Part shown: piece by piece, positions 18,154 through 28,108 of the stretch | Layout: the number at the start of each line of letters is the position of its first letter | How positions within the stretch are numbered: position 1 is the stretch's first letter | NCBI GenBank assembly: GCA_044229975.1 | Contig: JBGARZ010000002.1 | Location: forward strand, 384,001-448,000 | DNA: 64,000 nt | Direction: 5' to 3' | DNA from: Polyangiales bacterium | GTDB taxonomy: Bacteria > Myxococcota_A > Polyangia > Polyangiales > Ga0077539 | Program-made: the position numbers and the translations under genes | Notes under the pieces: model-generated | What the model saw: only the letters and a program-made list of their open reading frames with translations | Told to the model about the DNA's origin: nothing | The model's database searches: none

Positions 18154-20013
18154 TCACTGCGCGGGCGCGATCACGGGCATCGCATGCGCTGCGGCGGCCG
18201 GGCGCCCCTCCTCGGGCGCGTTGGCGCGCGAGTGCCGTAGCTCGACGCGCGCGCCGGGCTGGGTGGTGCCCGAGTACACGCCATGCCACCCGGCGGGCAG
18301 CACCGGGTCGGCCCAGAGAAACACCCACCGCGCGTCGCCCGGGCTCAGGTTGATGCAGCCGTGCGACATCCTCCACCCGAAGTAGCTGTGCCAGAACGCC
18401 CCGTGCAGCGCGTACGACCCGTGGAAGTACATCACCCACGGCACGTCCTCGATGCTGTACGGACCGTCGCCCGCCGTGTCGCCGTCCATCGTCGTGGTGA
18501 TGTGCCGCGACTGGATGCGGAAGCTCCCGGTGGGCGACTCGAACTCGTGCGTCTGGTCGCGTGACCGCCCCGCGCGCCCCGACGAGATGACCGTGGCGAA
18601 CACCGGGCGCGGGCCCTCGTACGCGACGAGCACCTGCTCATCGAGGTCGACGTCGATCCACTTCTCCGTCGGGCCGACGCCTTCGGGGGGCGTCCGCAGG
18701 ATGGCGCGGCGCACGTTGCGCTGGTTGACCGCGTGGCCGTCGACGGTGCGCCAGAACACCTGTCCGCCCGAGCGAATCGGCGGTGTGTCGCTGAGCGCGA
18801 AGCTGGTGAGGCGCGGCACCCGGCGGTGCGACGAGGCGCCCTGTCCGTTGGCGTAGGGCGTGTACTCCCACCCGGCCTCGCTCACCATCCACGCCATTGG
18901 GAGGTGGTGCGTCTCGTCGAGCACCTGTCCGCGAAACGGCGACCAGTTGCGGACGTTGGAGAGGCGCCCGTTGCGCACGAAGCCGCCGCTCTGGGTGCGC
19001 CAGTAGACGTCGCCCGCGGAGGAGTCGCGCACGGTGCGGTCGAGCGCCACGTACATGCCCGAGAGCAGCCGTCGGATGACGGGACCACCACGCTCGCCCG
19101 CGAGGTCGGACAGCCTCGGTGGGCCGCCCGCGTCGCGCACCTCGGCGACGCGACGCGCCTGGCGGTTTTCGGTGGTGTCGCCCGGATCAGCGGCGGTGCC
19201 CGCCGCGACGGTGACGGGAGTACCGGCGTCGAGGTCGGTGGCCGACGCGGCCTCGCCGCCATCGGGCGTCGCGCGGGAGAAGCGCCACGGCTCGTACTCG
19301 TGGAGGTCGGCCATGGTCGGCAGGCGCCGGTACATGATCGAGCGGCCGTAGTTGATCGCGTAGGTGTACGGCATCGCCGCGTCGAGGTCGGGCTGCGCGG
19401 GCGGGCGGTAGCCGCGGTTGGGCATCGGGGCCGCGAAGTTGCCGCCGACGCAGACGAAGCCGCCCCCGCGAACGTGGTACCAGCCGCCCTCGGGGTGGTC
19501 GCGGTGCACGATGCAGCCGTCACGACCGACGGGCCCGTCGAGGACGTCGACGACAGCGCCCGCGCGCATGTAGCCGAGCGCCTGCGCCTCGCGGCGGGCC
19601 TCGACGCGCACGGGCGTCCAGGTGGCGAGGGCGATGATCTGGGTGGGCCGCTCGATGACGCCCGCGTCGAAGGGAGGTGGGGTCGCAGCGAGCGTGGCGG
19701 GCGCGGCGGTGGGAGCATCGACGGAGGCGTCGACGAGGGCGACGGGAGACGGCGTGGGCTCGGTGACGAGCGTGGGCGTCACGGTGGGAGGCGCCGGGTC
19801 GCGCAGGGCGAAGATCACCGCCGCAGGGATGGCCCCCCAGAGCGCAGCACGAATCGAGTGGGACCACGGAGAGCGAGGCACGCGGGTGACCTGGAGCGCG
19901 GCGGTGGGCAGGGAGTCGTCCACCCGCGGCGGCAACGCTCCCTCTACCGCAATTCCGAGCGCGATCAACCGTCCGAAGTGACGAGCCCTCGCGGCCTTGC
20001 CACGGCTCTTCAC
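18154..20013 (-). CDS. L,D-transpeptidase (YkuD domain) family protein; start uncertain, probably downstream of 20013
   Basis: WIDVDLDEQVLVAYEG, ISSG, PTGSF and ALHGAFWH..FG..MSHGCINL (catalytic His and Cys). Confidence 0.9.
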   Translation of the reverse strand: MKSRGKAARARHFGRLIALGIAVEGALPPRVDDSLPTAALQVTRVPRSPWSHSIRAALWGAIPAAVIFALRDPAPPTVTPTLVTEPTPSPVALVDASVDAPTAAPATLAATPPPFDAGVIERPTQIIALATWTPVRVEARREAQALGYMRAGAVVDVLDGPVGRDGCIVHRDHPEGGWYHVRGGGFVCVGGNFAAPMPNRGYRPPAQPDLDAAMPYTYAINYGRSIMYRRLPTMADLHEYEPWRFSRATPDGGEAASATDLDAGTPVTVAAGTAADPGDTTENRQARRVAEVRDAGGPPRLSDLAGERGGPVIRRLLSGMYVALDRTVRDSSAGDVYWRTQSGGFVRNGRLSNVRNWSPFRGQVLDETHHLPMAWMVSEAGWEYTPYANGQGASSHRRVPRLTSFALSDTPPIRSGGQVFWRTVDGHAVNQRNVRRAILRTPPEGVGPTEKWIDVDLDEQVLVAYEGPRPVFATVISSGRAGRSRDQTHEFESPTGSFRIQSRHITTTMDGDTAGDGPYSIEDVPWVMYFHGSYALHGAFWHSYFGWRMSHGCINLSPGDARWVFLWADPVLPAGWHGVYSGTTQPGARVELRHSRANAPEEGRPAAAAHAMPVIAPAQ

Positions 20014-21523
20014 ATTCCCGTTGGCGAGGCACTACCGTGCGGCCGACGTGAGCCGCGCCCTCGACCTGCTCCGCGACCGACTCGCCGCCACCGCCCTCGG
20101 CGCGCGCGGACTCACCCTCGACGACCCCGACGGTGACCTCCTCGGACTCTCCTTCGAGGGCGACGACACCGGCGTGCGGGCGGCCGTGCGGCTCGTGCGC
20201 GTCCCTTCGCTCGCGTCCCTTCGCGTCGAAGGCCGCTGGATCGAGGTGACCATCGCTCCGTCCCTCCTCGCCGAGGCCGCTGCGCCGGTGGTGCTCGTCG
20301 TCCACGACCCGACGGGGCACGCGGTCTGGGCGACGCGCGAAGAGCTTCTCTCCCGTCTACCGAACGCGACGGCGGACGAATCGTGGCAGGTGCGCCTGAG
20401 CGCCCATGCGGGGGTCGGTGGCTTCGGTCTGCATCGGATGATCTTCGCGTGTGCGATGGGTGTGCTGCGAGCCGTGACGGCGGCTCCCATCGATGGGCTC
20501 GAACCCGGCGCGGTGCGAACGAAGACCCTGCTCCGTCGCTTCCTCGACGAGGGCGAAGGCTTCGACGCGTCGCTCGCCGATCTGCGTGCGCTCGCGGTGC
20601 CCGGGTGGTTCGTCGCGACGCACTCGACGGCGAAGGACGAGGCGACCGTCACCTTCGCAACACCCGCGTACGTCGAGCGGCTCGCGGTGGAGCTGCGCGG
20701 CGCGTTGGAGTCGCTCACGGCTCGTGATTGCGCGATGCGATGTGTCCAGGGTGGCGCGCTGCGGTCCATGTGGAGCAACGACCTCTCGCCTGCGACGGTG
20801 GCCTTCGTGCTGCGGCTCGATCACGCGCGCAACACCCTCGAACTCGAGGCGTCGATGCGCGGTGACCCTGCTTCGGCGGCGACGCTCGCGGTGGCAGCGC
20901 GCTTCGTCTGGCGCTTCGCGCAGGGAGGTCATGTGTCGCTCCTACCCGGGTGCAGCGCGGCGGGCGTGAGCGTTGGGTGCTTCCTCCCCGCGCAGGAGAG
21001 GCCGACGGTGTCGCACGGCGCGGTGGAGACGCTCGACGCGCTCGCGGCCATCGAGCGAAGCGTCGGTCACCCCTTCGACATCGCGCCCGGGCAGCTCGCC
21101 GACCCGATGCTGGCGGACGCTGTCCGCGAGCTGTTGCTGGTGCGATCGTCGGGGCGGGTCGAGCGACTCGCGACCTCGATGCGCTTGTCCCTCACGGCCG
21201 CGGAGGTGAGGCGCCTGCTCGACGCGTCGGGCTTTCAGCGGCGCGTGTCGTTTCGCATGCCCGCGTCGCGGGTGAGCCAGACCCTGATGGGCCTCCCGGT
21301 GGCGCTCGGATCGCGCGTGCAGGAGGTGACCGGAACGCTGGTGCAGTCGCCGGGAGCCCTCGCGACCTTCGTGGCCACGCTCTCGCCTGATGAGCAGGTC
21401 GACCTGGAGCTCAGCGCGGTCGAGGTGCGGGAGTTCTATGAGCTCGCTTCGCCGGGAGCGCCCACCACGGCACCGACGGCCACTCGTGGTGCTCCCAGTG
21501 GTAGCCGAAGTGGAAGCACGTGA
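19997..21523 (+). CDS. Hypothetical protein
   Basis: 508-aa ORF with normal composition filling the gap. No confident motif. Its 3' end overlaps the convergent crtW-like gene. Confidence 0.55.
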   Translation: MPRLFTFPLARHYRAADVSRALDLLRDRLAATALGARGLTLDDPDGDLLGLSFEGDDTGVRAAVRLVRVPSLASLRVEGRWIEVTIAPSLLAEAAAPVVLVVHDPTGHAVWATREELLSRLPNATADESWQVRLSAHAGVGGFGLHRMIFACAMGVLRAVTAAPIDGLEPGAVRTKTLLRRFLDEGEGFDASLADLRALAVPGWFVATHSTAKDEATVTFATPAYVERLAVELRGALESLTARDCAMRCVQGGALRSMWSNDLSPATVAFVLRLDHARNTLELEASMRGDPASAATLAVAARFVWRFAQGGHVSLLPGCSAAGVSVGCFLPAQERPTVSHGAVETLDALAAIERSVGHPFDIAPGQLADPMLADAVRELLLVRSSGRVERLATSMRLSLTAAEVRRLLDASGFQRRVSFRMPASRVSQTLMGLPVALGSRVQEVTGTLVQSPGALATFVATLSPDEQVDLELSAVEVREFYELASPGAPTTAPTATRGAPSGSRSGST

Positions 21524-22154
21524 GCAGCGACAGCGCGGGCGCGTAGTCGTTGCTGGTCGCGCGGTGCGCGTCGACGTAGCCGCCGGGTGGGGTGCGGTGC
21601 GGGAGGAAGGTTCCGAAGTAGAAGAGCTGCGCGGTGGAGGCGAGCGCGGGCAGCACCCACAGCGCCAGCAGTCGCCACTGCGAGACGTGCGCGAGGTGCT
21701 GGAGCATGTTGAAGATGACGGCGTGCCCGACGATCTGCGGCCAGCGGAGGTAGTGCCCGATGAAGCGCAGGTACCAGCGGCCGAAGCCCGTGTGTGCGCC
21801 GTCGTGGAAGTCGGGGTCGTCGGCGCTCGCGGGGTGCGCGTGGTGGCCGCGGTGTTCGCGCACGAGCACGTCGTAGGGGAAGAGCGCGTAGAGGCCGACG
21901 CCGAGCGCGCCGAGCGCGGCGTTGAGGCGCGGGCGACCGGGCGCGACCGTGCCGTGCATGGCGTCGTGGGCCACGATGAAGAGGCCCGTGTGGAGCCACG
22001 TGCGGAGCGCGATGAGCGGCAGCCAGAGCGGTAGCGGGAGCCACGCCGCGGGAGCAGCGAGCGCGACGGTGAGGGTGAGCGCCCACGCCGCGACGATGAG
22101 CGCGCCGAGGGCGAACCCGGCGAGGGGCTTCGTCGCTGTGGGCGAGGCGTTCAA
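21411..22154 (-). CDS. crtW: Beta-carotene ketolase (CrtW-type, fatty acid desaturase superfamily)
   Basis: His boxes TGLFIVAHDAMHG, HRGHHAHP...DPDF and CFHFGYHWEHH..P.VPWW.LP, plus QLFYFGTFLPH. Probable TTG start overlapping the upstream TGA. Confidence 0.85.
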   Translation of the reverse strand: MNASPTATKPLAGFALGALIVAAWALTLTVALAAPAAWLPLPLWLPLIALRTWLHTGLFIVAHDAMHGTVAPGRPRLNAALGALGVGLYALFPYDVLVREHRGHHAHPASADDPDFHDGAHTGFGRWYLRFIGHYLRWPQIVGHAVIFNMLQHLAHVSQWRLLALWVLPALASTAQLFYFGTFLPHRTPPGGYVDAHRATSNDYAPALSLLTCFHFGYHWEHHEWPSVPWWALPAKRAHRTPAPRPR

Positions 22155-24103
22155 CGCACGTTGATTTCGGGGAGGCCGCAGCGCACGCCGATGGCGTCGA
22201 GCTCGGAGCCCGAGCGCCCGAAGAAGGTCGTCACCGCGGTGTGCTGCCCCGCGCTCGCGTTGGGGCACTCGTAGTTGAAGACGGTGCCGCCGGTGCCGCC
22301 GTAGTCACCGCGAGCGGCGGTGCCCACGAGCTCCAGACGCCAGCCGGAGGTGGCAGAGCCGACGACGTTCCAGTAGCCGCAGGTGAAGGCGAAGCGGTCG
22401 ACGCGCGACCCTGAGCGCCCGCTGATGCCGGACACGAACGACCCCGACTCGCAGCTCGCCGAGAAGGGGGTCCCTCCGCTGCCGCCGCGCACCCCGGGGA
22501 TCGTCGTCGGGGGCACCGCGCGGACGTAGTAGCGAAACGGCGTCACGGTCCGGTCTTCCTGGAGCGAGAGCCGCATGCAGCGCACGCCGAGCTGATCGAC
22601 GCGAGACCCGGCGCGCCCGTCGAAGCCGACCGCCGCTCCGCTCGCGCAGATGTCGGTAAACGAACCGCCGCCGCCGCCGCCGTACTGCGGGCTGCTGGCG
22701 GTGTCGCCCGGCGTTCCGATGCCGGTGGGGCAGCCGTCGTCCACCACGCCGTCGCAGTCGTTGTCCGCGCCGTCGCAGACCTCCGTCACGGTGCGCCCGC
22801 ACGCGCCGCAATTTGCAGGCGTGTTGAGCGGGGTCTCGCAGCCATTGCCGTAGATCCCGTCGCAGTTGCCGAAGCCCGATCCGCACGCGGTGATCTGGCA
22901 CATCGACCCCGCGCACCCGGTGCTCGCGTTGGGCGCCGAGCACGCGCGACCGCACGCTCCGCAGTGGGCCTCGCTGCTACGCGCGTCGGTTTCGCAGCCG
23001 TTGGCGTCGTCGCCGTCGCAGCTCGCGTAGCCCGACGCGCACACCAGGGCGCACGCGCGGGACACACACGCCGCCGGGGCGTTGGGGCGCGACGGGCAGA
23101 CGGTGCCGCAGGCGCCGCACTGGGTGGGCGACGTGACGAGGTCGACCTCGCAGCCGTTGCCGGGGCTGCCGTCGCAATCGGCGAAGCCCACCTCGCAGGT
23201 GATCCCGCAGCGGCCCACCACGCAGGTGCGCGTCGAGACGTGCGGACCGATCGGGCACACGGTCGCGCAGGACCCGCAGTGATCGACGTCGGTCTCGGCG
23301 TTGACCTCGCAGCCGTTGGCCGCGGCGCCGTCGCAGTTGGCATACCCGGAGATGCAGGTGCCGACGTTGCACGTTCCGCCGCTGCACGCGCCGACGGCGT
23401 TGGGCAGGCCGCAGCGGTTGTCGCAGGCGCCGCAGCTCACCGTGCTCGCCATGAGGTTGACGCAGGCGCCCGAGCAGCAGGTCTCGCCCGTCGGGCACGC
23501 GCTCGTGGCGCTGCACCCGGCGACGCAGAGACCGCCGGCGCACTGGCGGCCGACGGGGCAGTCGGTGTCGGCGACGCACTGGGCGCACTCGTGGCGCGAG
23601 GTGTCGCAGCGCGTCCGCGTGGCGCCGCCGTCGGCGACGGAGAGGCAGCCCTCGTCGCTGCGGCAGCCCGCGACGCAGGTGAGGGTCGCGGGGTCGCAGT
23701 GGCGCGTGGGCTCGCAGGTGTCGGCCGCGGGAAGGCATTGCACGCAGCGCCCGGTGAGCGTGTCGCAGCTCCGACCGGCGGGGTCGGTCGCGCAGTCGGC
23801 GTTCGATCGACAGCTCGCCGTGTCGGCGGTGGGCGTATCCATCGTCGAGGGCGTGTCGATGGTGGGCGGCGTGTCCATCGACGCGGGGACGTCCGGGGTC
23901 GAGGCGTCGACGCCGAGGTCGATGACCGTTGGGACGTCTCGGGTTGCGCCGGTGTCCTCGCCCGCGTCTTCGACCACGCCGACGTCGGGGACGATGACCT
24001 CTGCCACGTCGCCCGCGTCACACGCCGCGAAGAGCGCGCCCGCCGTGAGGAGGAGTGCTGATCGATGAACCTTCGAGACCCGACCGACGCGCAGTGACCA
24101 CAT
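22151..24103 (-). CDS. Cys-rich repeat lipoprotein with C-terminal jacalin-like (beta-prism) lectin domain
   Basis: Lipobox-like LFAAC and NCDG...NGCE/CGACG repeats. EVCDGADNDCDG motif. C-terminal threefold GG.GG..F...C / GRSGS.(V/L)D repeats. Confidence 0.8.
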   Translation of the reverse strand: MWSLRVGRVSKVHRSALLLTAGALFAACDAGDVAEVIVPDVGVVEDAGEDTGATRDVPTVIDLGVDASTPDVPASMDTPPTIDTPSTMDTPTADTASCRSNADCATDPAGRSCDTLTGRCVQCLPAADTCEPTRHCDPATLTCVAGCRSDEGCLSVADGGATRTRCDTSRHECAQCVADTDCPVGRQCAGGLCVAGCSATSACPTGETCCSGACVNLMASTVSCGACDNRCGLPNAVGACSGGTCNVGTCISGYANCDGAAANGCEVNAETDVDHCGSCATVCPIGPHVSTRTCVVGRCGITCEVGFADCDGSPGNGCEVDLVTSPTQCGACGTVCPSRPNAPAACVSRACALVCASGYASCDGDDANGCETDARSSEAHCGACGRACSAPNASTGCAGSMCQITACGSGFGNCDGIYGNGCETPLNTPANCGACGRTVTEVCDGADNDCDGVVDDGCPTGIGTPGDTASSPQYGGGGGGSFTDICASGAAVGFDGRAGSRVDQLGVRCMRLSLQEDRTVTPFRYYVRAVPPTTIPGVRGGSGGTPFSASCESGSFVSGISGRSGSRVDRFAFTCGYWNVVGSATSGWRLELVGTAARGDYGGTGGTVFNYECPNASAGQHTAVTTFFGRSGSELDAIGVRCGLPEINVR

Positions 24104-24114
24104 GGCCACGCAGC

Positions 24115-24777
24115 CTAGCGGACCACGGCGCTTCGTGGGGAGGGACTCTGCCGCGGGGCGCGCACCTCGCGCTGACACTCCGACGCCTGCCGGTCGGCGT
24201 CGATCGCGGACAGCACGTATGAGCGCGGCGTCACCGAGAGGCGCGCCCGGTCACGACACATCGCGTCGCGCACCCGCAGGTGGGCTCCGACCGTCACGCG
24301 AACGCGGTGGGCGTCGTCGCCCGGCGGGTCGCTGGCATGGGCCGCGAGGTCGAGCGCGACGGCCTGCCAGAGGTCGTCGTTGCTGCCGCTGCACATCGTC
24401 GTGAGCGAGCTCGTCACGGCCTCGGCGCGCCGGTGATGGGCGTCGGTGGCGATGACCCGCAGCGGCCGACGCGCGACCTCGTCGCCCCAGCTCCGTCGCG
24501 AGACCGCGACGCGCAGGTCGTCGCAGTCGGCCTGGAGGAGAGCCCGCTGCGCGCCCGCCACCTCGCCCAGTCCGCCGCTGTCGCGCGCGTCCTGTGCGAG
24601 TCGGCCGAGGTCGCGGCGGGTCGCGTCGCCGCACGAGCAGATGCGCTCGGCGCGCGTCCACCACGTCGCCCGGTCGCGCCGCGCCCGCACCGCGAAGCCT
24701 GCGCCGACGAAGGCCAGCGCCGCGCCGACGACGACGCCAACGAGGGCCTTCCGAGAGGGAGCGTCGGCCACGCTCAC
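24115..24777 (-). CDS. Hypothetical membrane-anchored protein (last gene of tubulin-like operon)
   Basis: GTG overlaps the upstream TGA. TM segment ALVGVVVGAALAFVGAGFAV, then a helical domain with several Cys. Confidence 0.6.
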   Translation of the reverse strand: MSVADAPSRKALVGVVVGAALAFVGAGFAVRARRDRATWWTRAERICSCGDATRRDLGRLAQDARDSGGLGEVAGAQRALLQADCDDLRVAVSRRSWGDEVARRPLRVIATDAHHRRAEAVTSSLTTMCSGSNDDLWQAVALDLAAHASDPPGDDAHRVRVTVGAHLRVRDAMCRDRARLSVTPRSYVLSAIDADRQASECQREVRAPRQSPSPRSAVVR

Positions 24778-26642
24778 TCGCCCCGCAGGTGCGGGTCGAC
24801 GAACAGCGGCACCCGGAAGGTCGCGTTGAGCGCGTAGTGCTCGGTCGGCGCAGCAGCGCGCTGGCCGAAGCGACCCAGCACCAGGCCCGACCCCTCCATC
24901 ACCCACGCGATGAAGGTCTCCGCGGCCACGCGTCCGAGGCGCGCGCACTGCACCTCGGGCCGGTCGGCCTCGCCGTCGCCCACCGAGCGCCACGTCATGG
25001 CGTAGCGCTGGAGCGTGGCGAGACGGTCCCTCGCCCGTTGTCGCTCAGGATCGGCGCGCACCGCGAGCAGGGCGTCGCGCAGCACGTCGAGGGGGCGCTC
25101 GGCGTTGGGGAGCACCACGCGACCGAAGAGTTCCTTGCCCTCGTCGGCCGACCAGATGACCCGCGCGCCGTCGGAGCGCAGCTCCGCTTCACCGATGAAG
25201 TAGAGCCACAGCGCGAAGCCCAGCGCGCGCAGCTCGCCGACGTCCACCAGCCGCTGCGGCGCGCCAAAGCGCTCCACCAGGCCGACCGCCAGCGCCCCTT
25301 CGCCGCCCGGCACCGCCACGATGCGCGGGACGCTCTCGCCCGGCGTCCACCGCGCGAGCAGCGATCCCGTCTGCGGCGCCGCGACGCCGGGCTCCACCCG
25401 CGCGATCACCTCGCGCGAGAGGTGGATGCGAACGCCCCCCGCCTCGGCCTCGGCGGTCTGCGCCACGACCAGCCGAACGCTGTCGGGGAAGAGCACCGGA
25501 AACGCCGCCACGTCGGCTTCGGTGATGGCCGCGCGCCGCTGCGATCGCGCCGCGGCTGCGAGCAACGGGTTGAGCACGAGCGAGCGATAGCCCTGCGCGT
25601 TGGGGTGATCTTCGAGCCAGTGGGCCTGGCCGTGGCCGCGCGCCACGTTGGCGACGGACTCCAGGCGACCGACGCCCGCGAGCAGCTCGACGCCCGCCGT
25701 CGAGGCGCTGTCGGCCGCCATGCTGGTGCGCCCGGTGCCTGCGTCGCGCGACGTGTCCCGCGGGGCCATCCGCACCGTCACGACGGCGCGGCCGTTGGGG
25801 TCGACGAGGTCGACGGTTCCGCCTTCGCCGCGGATGGGCTGGAAGAAGAGCAGCTCCGCGAAGCGGGTGCCCCACCCCGGATCGCGCTGCGGCAGGTACG
25901 CGATGACCTCGCTCGCGTCGCTGCCGTTGCGCGGCACCACGCCGAGGCGCAGCGGGCCGACCCCGCGAGCGTCCGCCGAGAGCGCGCCCACCGACGGCGC
26001 CGTCTCGCCGAGCAGCACCTGCAAGCCCTTCTGCCACGGCGGCGCCGCTTCGTGTCCCGGCGACCACAAGCCGTTGCGCTCGAACCACCCGCGCCACTCG
26101 GCGAGCAGCTTCAGCGCGTCGGCGCGCTCGGCGCTGGCGTCGATGCGGGTCTTGAGATCGCTCCAGTAGTTTTCGCGCGCGACCCGCGGCGCGCACCACA
26201 GGAGACACATCGGATCGGCCCCGCCCACCAGCAGCCGTCGGCCTTCGGAGCCCTGTCGGCGCGCGTCGCGCAGGAGACCGAGAAACCGGCACTCGGGGCG
26301 CAGGTCGGCGAGCATCGCGCCGAGGTTGTCGACCTCGGGGCGGCGCAGGTCGGTGAGCTCCAGCGTGACCTCGCCGAGCACGAGACCGAGCAGGAGAAGA
26401 CGCCAGCGCTCGAAGGACTGCTGGAGCCGCGGGTTGACCAGCTCGGGCTGCGGCTGCTGGGCGCCCGGGTCGAGCAGGAGCTGCCCCAGCAGGTGGGACA
26501 TCATCTCGGCCTGCGCGAAGGGCGTCGGGAAGCTCTTGGTGCGCAGGTGCGCGGGCGTCGGCTGCCAGGCGCCCTTCTTCTGGTCGAGCGCGAAGGTGTC
26601 GGTGGTCGAGGCGTCGTTGGAGCCGGGGATGAGTTGGATCAC
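24774..26642 (-). CDS. Hypothetical 622-aa protein coupled to the tubulin-like gene
   Basis: Starts 4 nt after the tubulin-like stop. N-terminal SFPTPFAQA...WRLLLLGLVLG motif. Confidence 0.8.
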   Translation of the reverse strand: MIQLIPGSNDASTTDTFALDQKKGAWQPTPAHLRTKSFPTPFAQAEMMSHLLGQLLLDPGAQQPQPELVNPRLQQSFERWRLLLLGLVLGEVTLELTDLRRPEVDNLGAMLADLRPECRFLGLLRDARRQGSEGRRLLVGGADPMCLLWCAPRVARENYWSDLKTRIDASAERADALKLLAEWRGWFERNGLWSPGHEAAPPWQKGLQVLLGETAPSVGALSADARGVGPLRLGVVPRNGSDASEVIAYLPQRDPGWGTRFAELLFFQPIRGEGGTVDLVDPNGRAVVTVRMAPRDTSRDAGTGRTSMAADSASTAGVELLAGVGRLESVANVARGHGQAHWLEDHPNAQGYRSLVLNPLLAAAARSQRRAAITEADVAAFPVLFPDSVRLVVAQTAEAEAGGVRIHLSREVIARVEPGVAAPQTGSLLARWTPGESVPRIVAVPGGEGALAVGLVERFGAPQRLVDVGELRALGFALWLYFIGEAELRSDGARVIWSADEGKELFGRVVLPNAERPLDVLRDALLAVRADPERQRARDRLATLQRYAMTWRSVGDGEADRPEVQCARLGRVAAETFIAWVMEGSGLVLGRFGQRAAAPTEHYALNATFRVPLFVDPHLRGE

Positions 26643-26646
26643 GGCG

Positions 26647-28071
26647 TCAGCTCCGGAGGGCGGCGAGCAGCGAGCGCTCGATCTTCATGGCGAGCTCGGC
26701 GTCGGGGTCGGGCTGGTGCCCGCGGGCGCGCTCGGCCCCGGCCGTGGACTCGAACTGAAACGCATCGACCAGCAGCTTGAAGGCCTCAGGCGCCTTCCAC
26801 TGCCGGTGCTTGCGGACGGCGTAGAGCTGGCGCGCGCGCGGGTCGCCGAAGAGCGAGAGGTCGGTGTCGCCGAACACCTGCGCGAACCACGACGTGACGA
26901 AGCGGAGCTGGGCGCTGCGCGCTTCGAGGGCGTTGAGCACGCGCCGCGCGAAGGCCGAGTCGCGGTCGTGCTGCGCGCGGGCGACGTTGCTGATGAGCGA
27001 CCCCCAGGTGCTGCGCGCCTTCTCGTAGTCGAAGTCGACGAAGTCCGAGTCCTTCTGGCGAAACGACGCGTAGACCTCCTGAAGAATGAGCGCCTCCACG
27101 AGCCGCGCGCCGAGCGTGGCGTCGCGGGAGCCGCGCGGGGTGTTCCACTTGCGGCGCAGGGGCCAGGCGGGGTCGTGCTCGTCGTGCGAGAGGCCGTAGG
27201 TGCGGTGCATCGCGCGGGCCTGCGTGTCGGTCTTGTCGGGCAGCATCAGCAGGCCGTAGGCGGCGAGCAGGGGATACATGCTGACGGTCTCGTCGTTTTC
27301 CATCGCGGCGGGCACGGCCTTGATGTGCGCCGTGGGGTTGTCCGGAACGCCCAGCAGCACCGAGGCGTCGAGGAGCGCGCGGGTATACCGATAGAAGTAT
27401 TCGAGGCCGTGCCCCATCGAGGCGAGCAGGGTCGAGGTGTCGACGGTCTGCCCGGTGGTGGGCGGCAGGTCGAACCACCGCAACAGAAACGATCCGTAGA
27501 TGGGCTTCGCGGGCCCGACGGCCTCGCGCACCAGCTTGATGAGCTGGTGGGTGATGCCCGCGCCGGTGCCGCCGAGGAAGGAGCCCACGACAAAGATGCG
27601 CGCGGCGGTGCGGGCGCGGCCGAAGAGCGGGTCCATCGCGCCGCCCTTGCTCGACGCAAACACCGCGCTGCCGACGCTCGGATTGGCGAACATCCCCTTG
27701 CCGATGTCGACGCCCGCCGAGACGCCGACGCCGCCGTCCACGCCGCCCGACTCCTCGTCGTAGAAGAGCTCGAAGAGCTCGCGCTCCAACGGGTCGGCGC
27801 GGTCGTCGAGGAAGATCCGGCGGAAGGCCGTCTCCTTCATGGTGTCGCGCGCAAAGGGCGGGATCACCGCCTCGGCGCCTTCGAGCGGGTGAGGACACCC
27901 GGCGCTCACGGTGTTGCCGAAGGAGCGGAGCTTCACGGCGAGCCGCGAGTCGCTGTCGGCGTCGATGACGAAGGTCTCGATGGGCTCGGCGAGGGCGCCG
28001 ACCCGAAGGAGGCGCGCGACGGCGAGGGCGATGTGCTGTCCGCCGCCGCCGACGGCGATCACGAGGTCCAT
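26647..28071 (-). CDS. Divergent tubulin/FtsZ-superfamily GTPase
   Basis: N-terminal IAVGGGG loop, IDAD, GMFANPSVG, and signature loop GSFLGGTGAG (cf. GGGTG[ST]G) at about 27557-27575. Confidence 0.85.
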   Translation of the reverse strand: MDLVIAVGGGGQHIALAVARLLRVGALAEPIETFVIDADSDSRLAVKLRSFGNTVSAGCPHPLEGAEAVIPPFARDTMKETAFRRIFLDDRADPLERELFELFYDEESGGVDGGVGVSAGVDIGKGMFANPSVGSAVFASSKGGAMDPLFGRARTAARIFVVGSFLGGTGAGITHQLIKLVREAVGPAKPIYGSFLLRWFDLPPTTGQTVDTSTLLASMGHGLEYFYRYTRALLDASVLLGVPDNPTAHIKAVPAAMENDETVSMYPLLAAYGLLMLPDKTDTQARAMHRTYGLSHDEHDPAWPLRRKWNTPRGSRDATLGARLVEALILQEVYASFRQKDSDFVDFDYEKARSTWGSLISNVARAQHDRDSAFARRVLNALEARSAQLRFVTSWFAQVFGDTDLSLFGDPRARQLYAVRKHRQWKAPEAFKLLVDAFQFESTAGAERARGHQPDPDAELAMKIERSLLAALRS

Positions 28072-28108
28072 GTCGATGCTCTCCCGGGGTGAAGGCTGCG
28101 CGGTCTCT

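Noticed and set aside
26647..28071. Calling the tubulin-like gene ftsZ
   Set aside because: No division-cluster context, no recognisable T7 loop or FtsZ C-terminal peptide, and too divergent.
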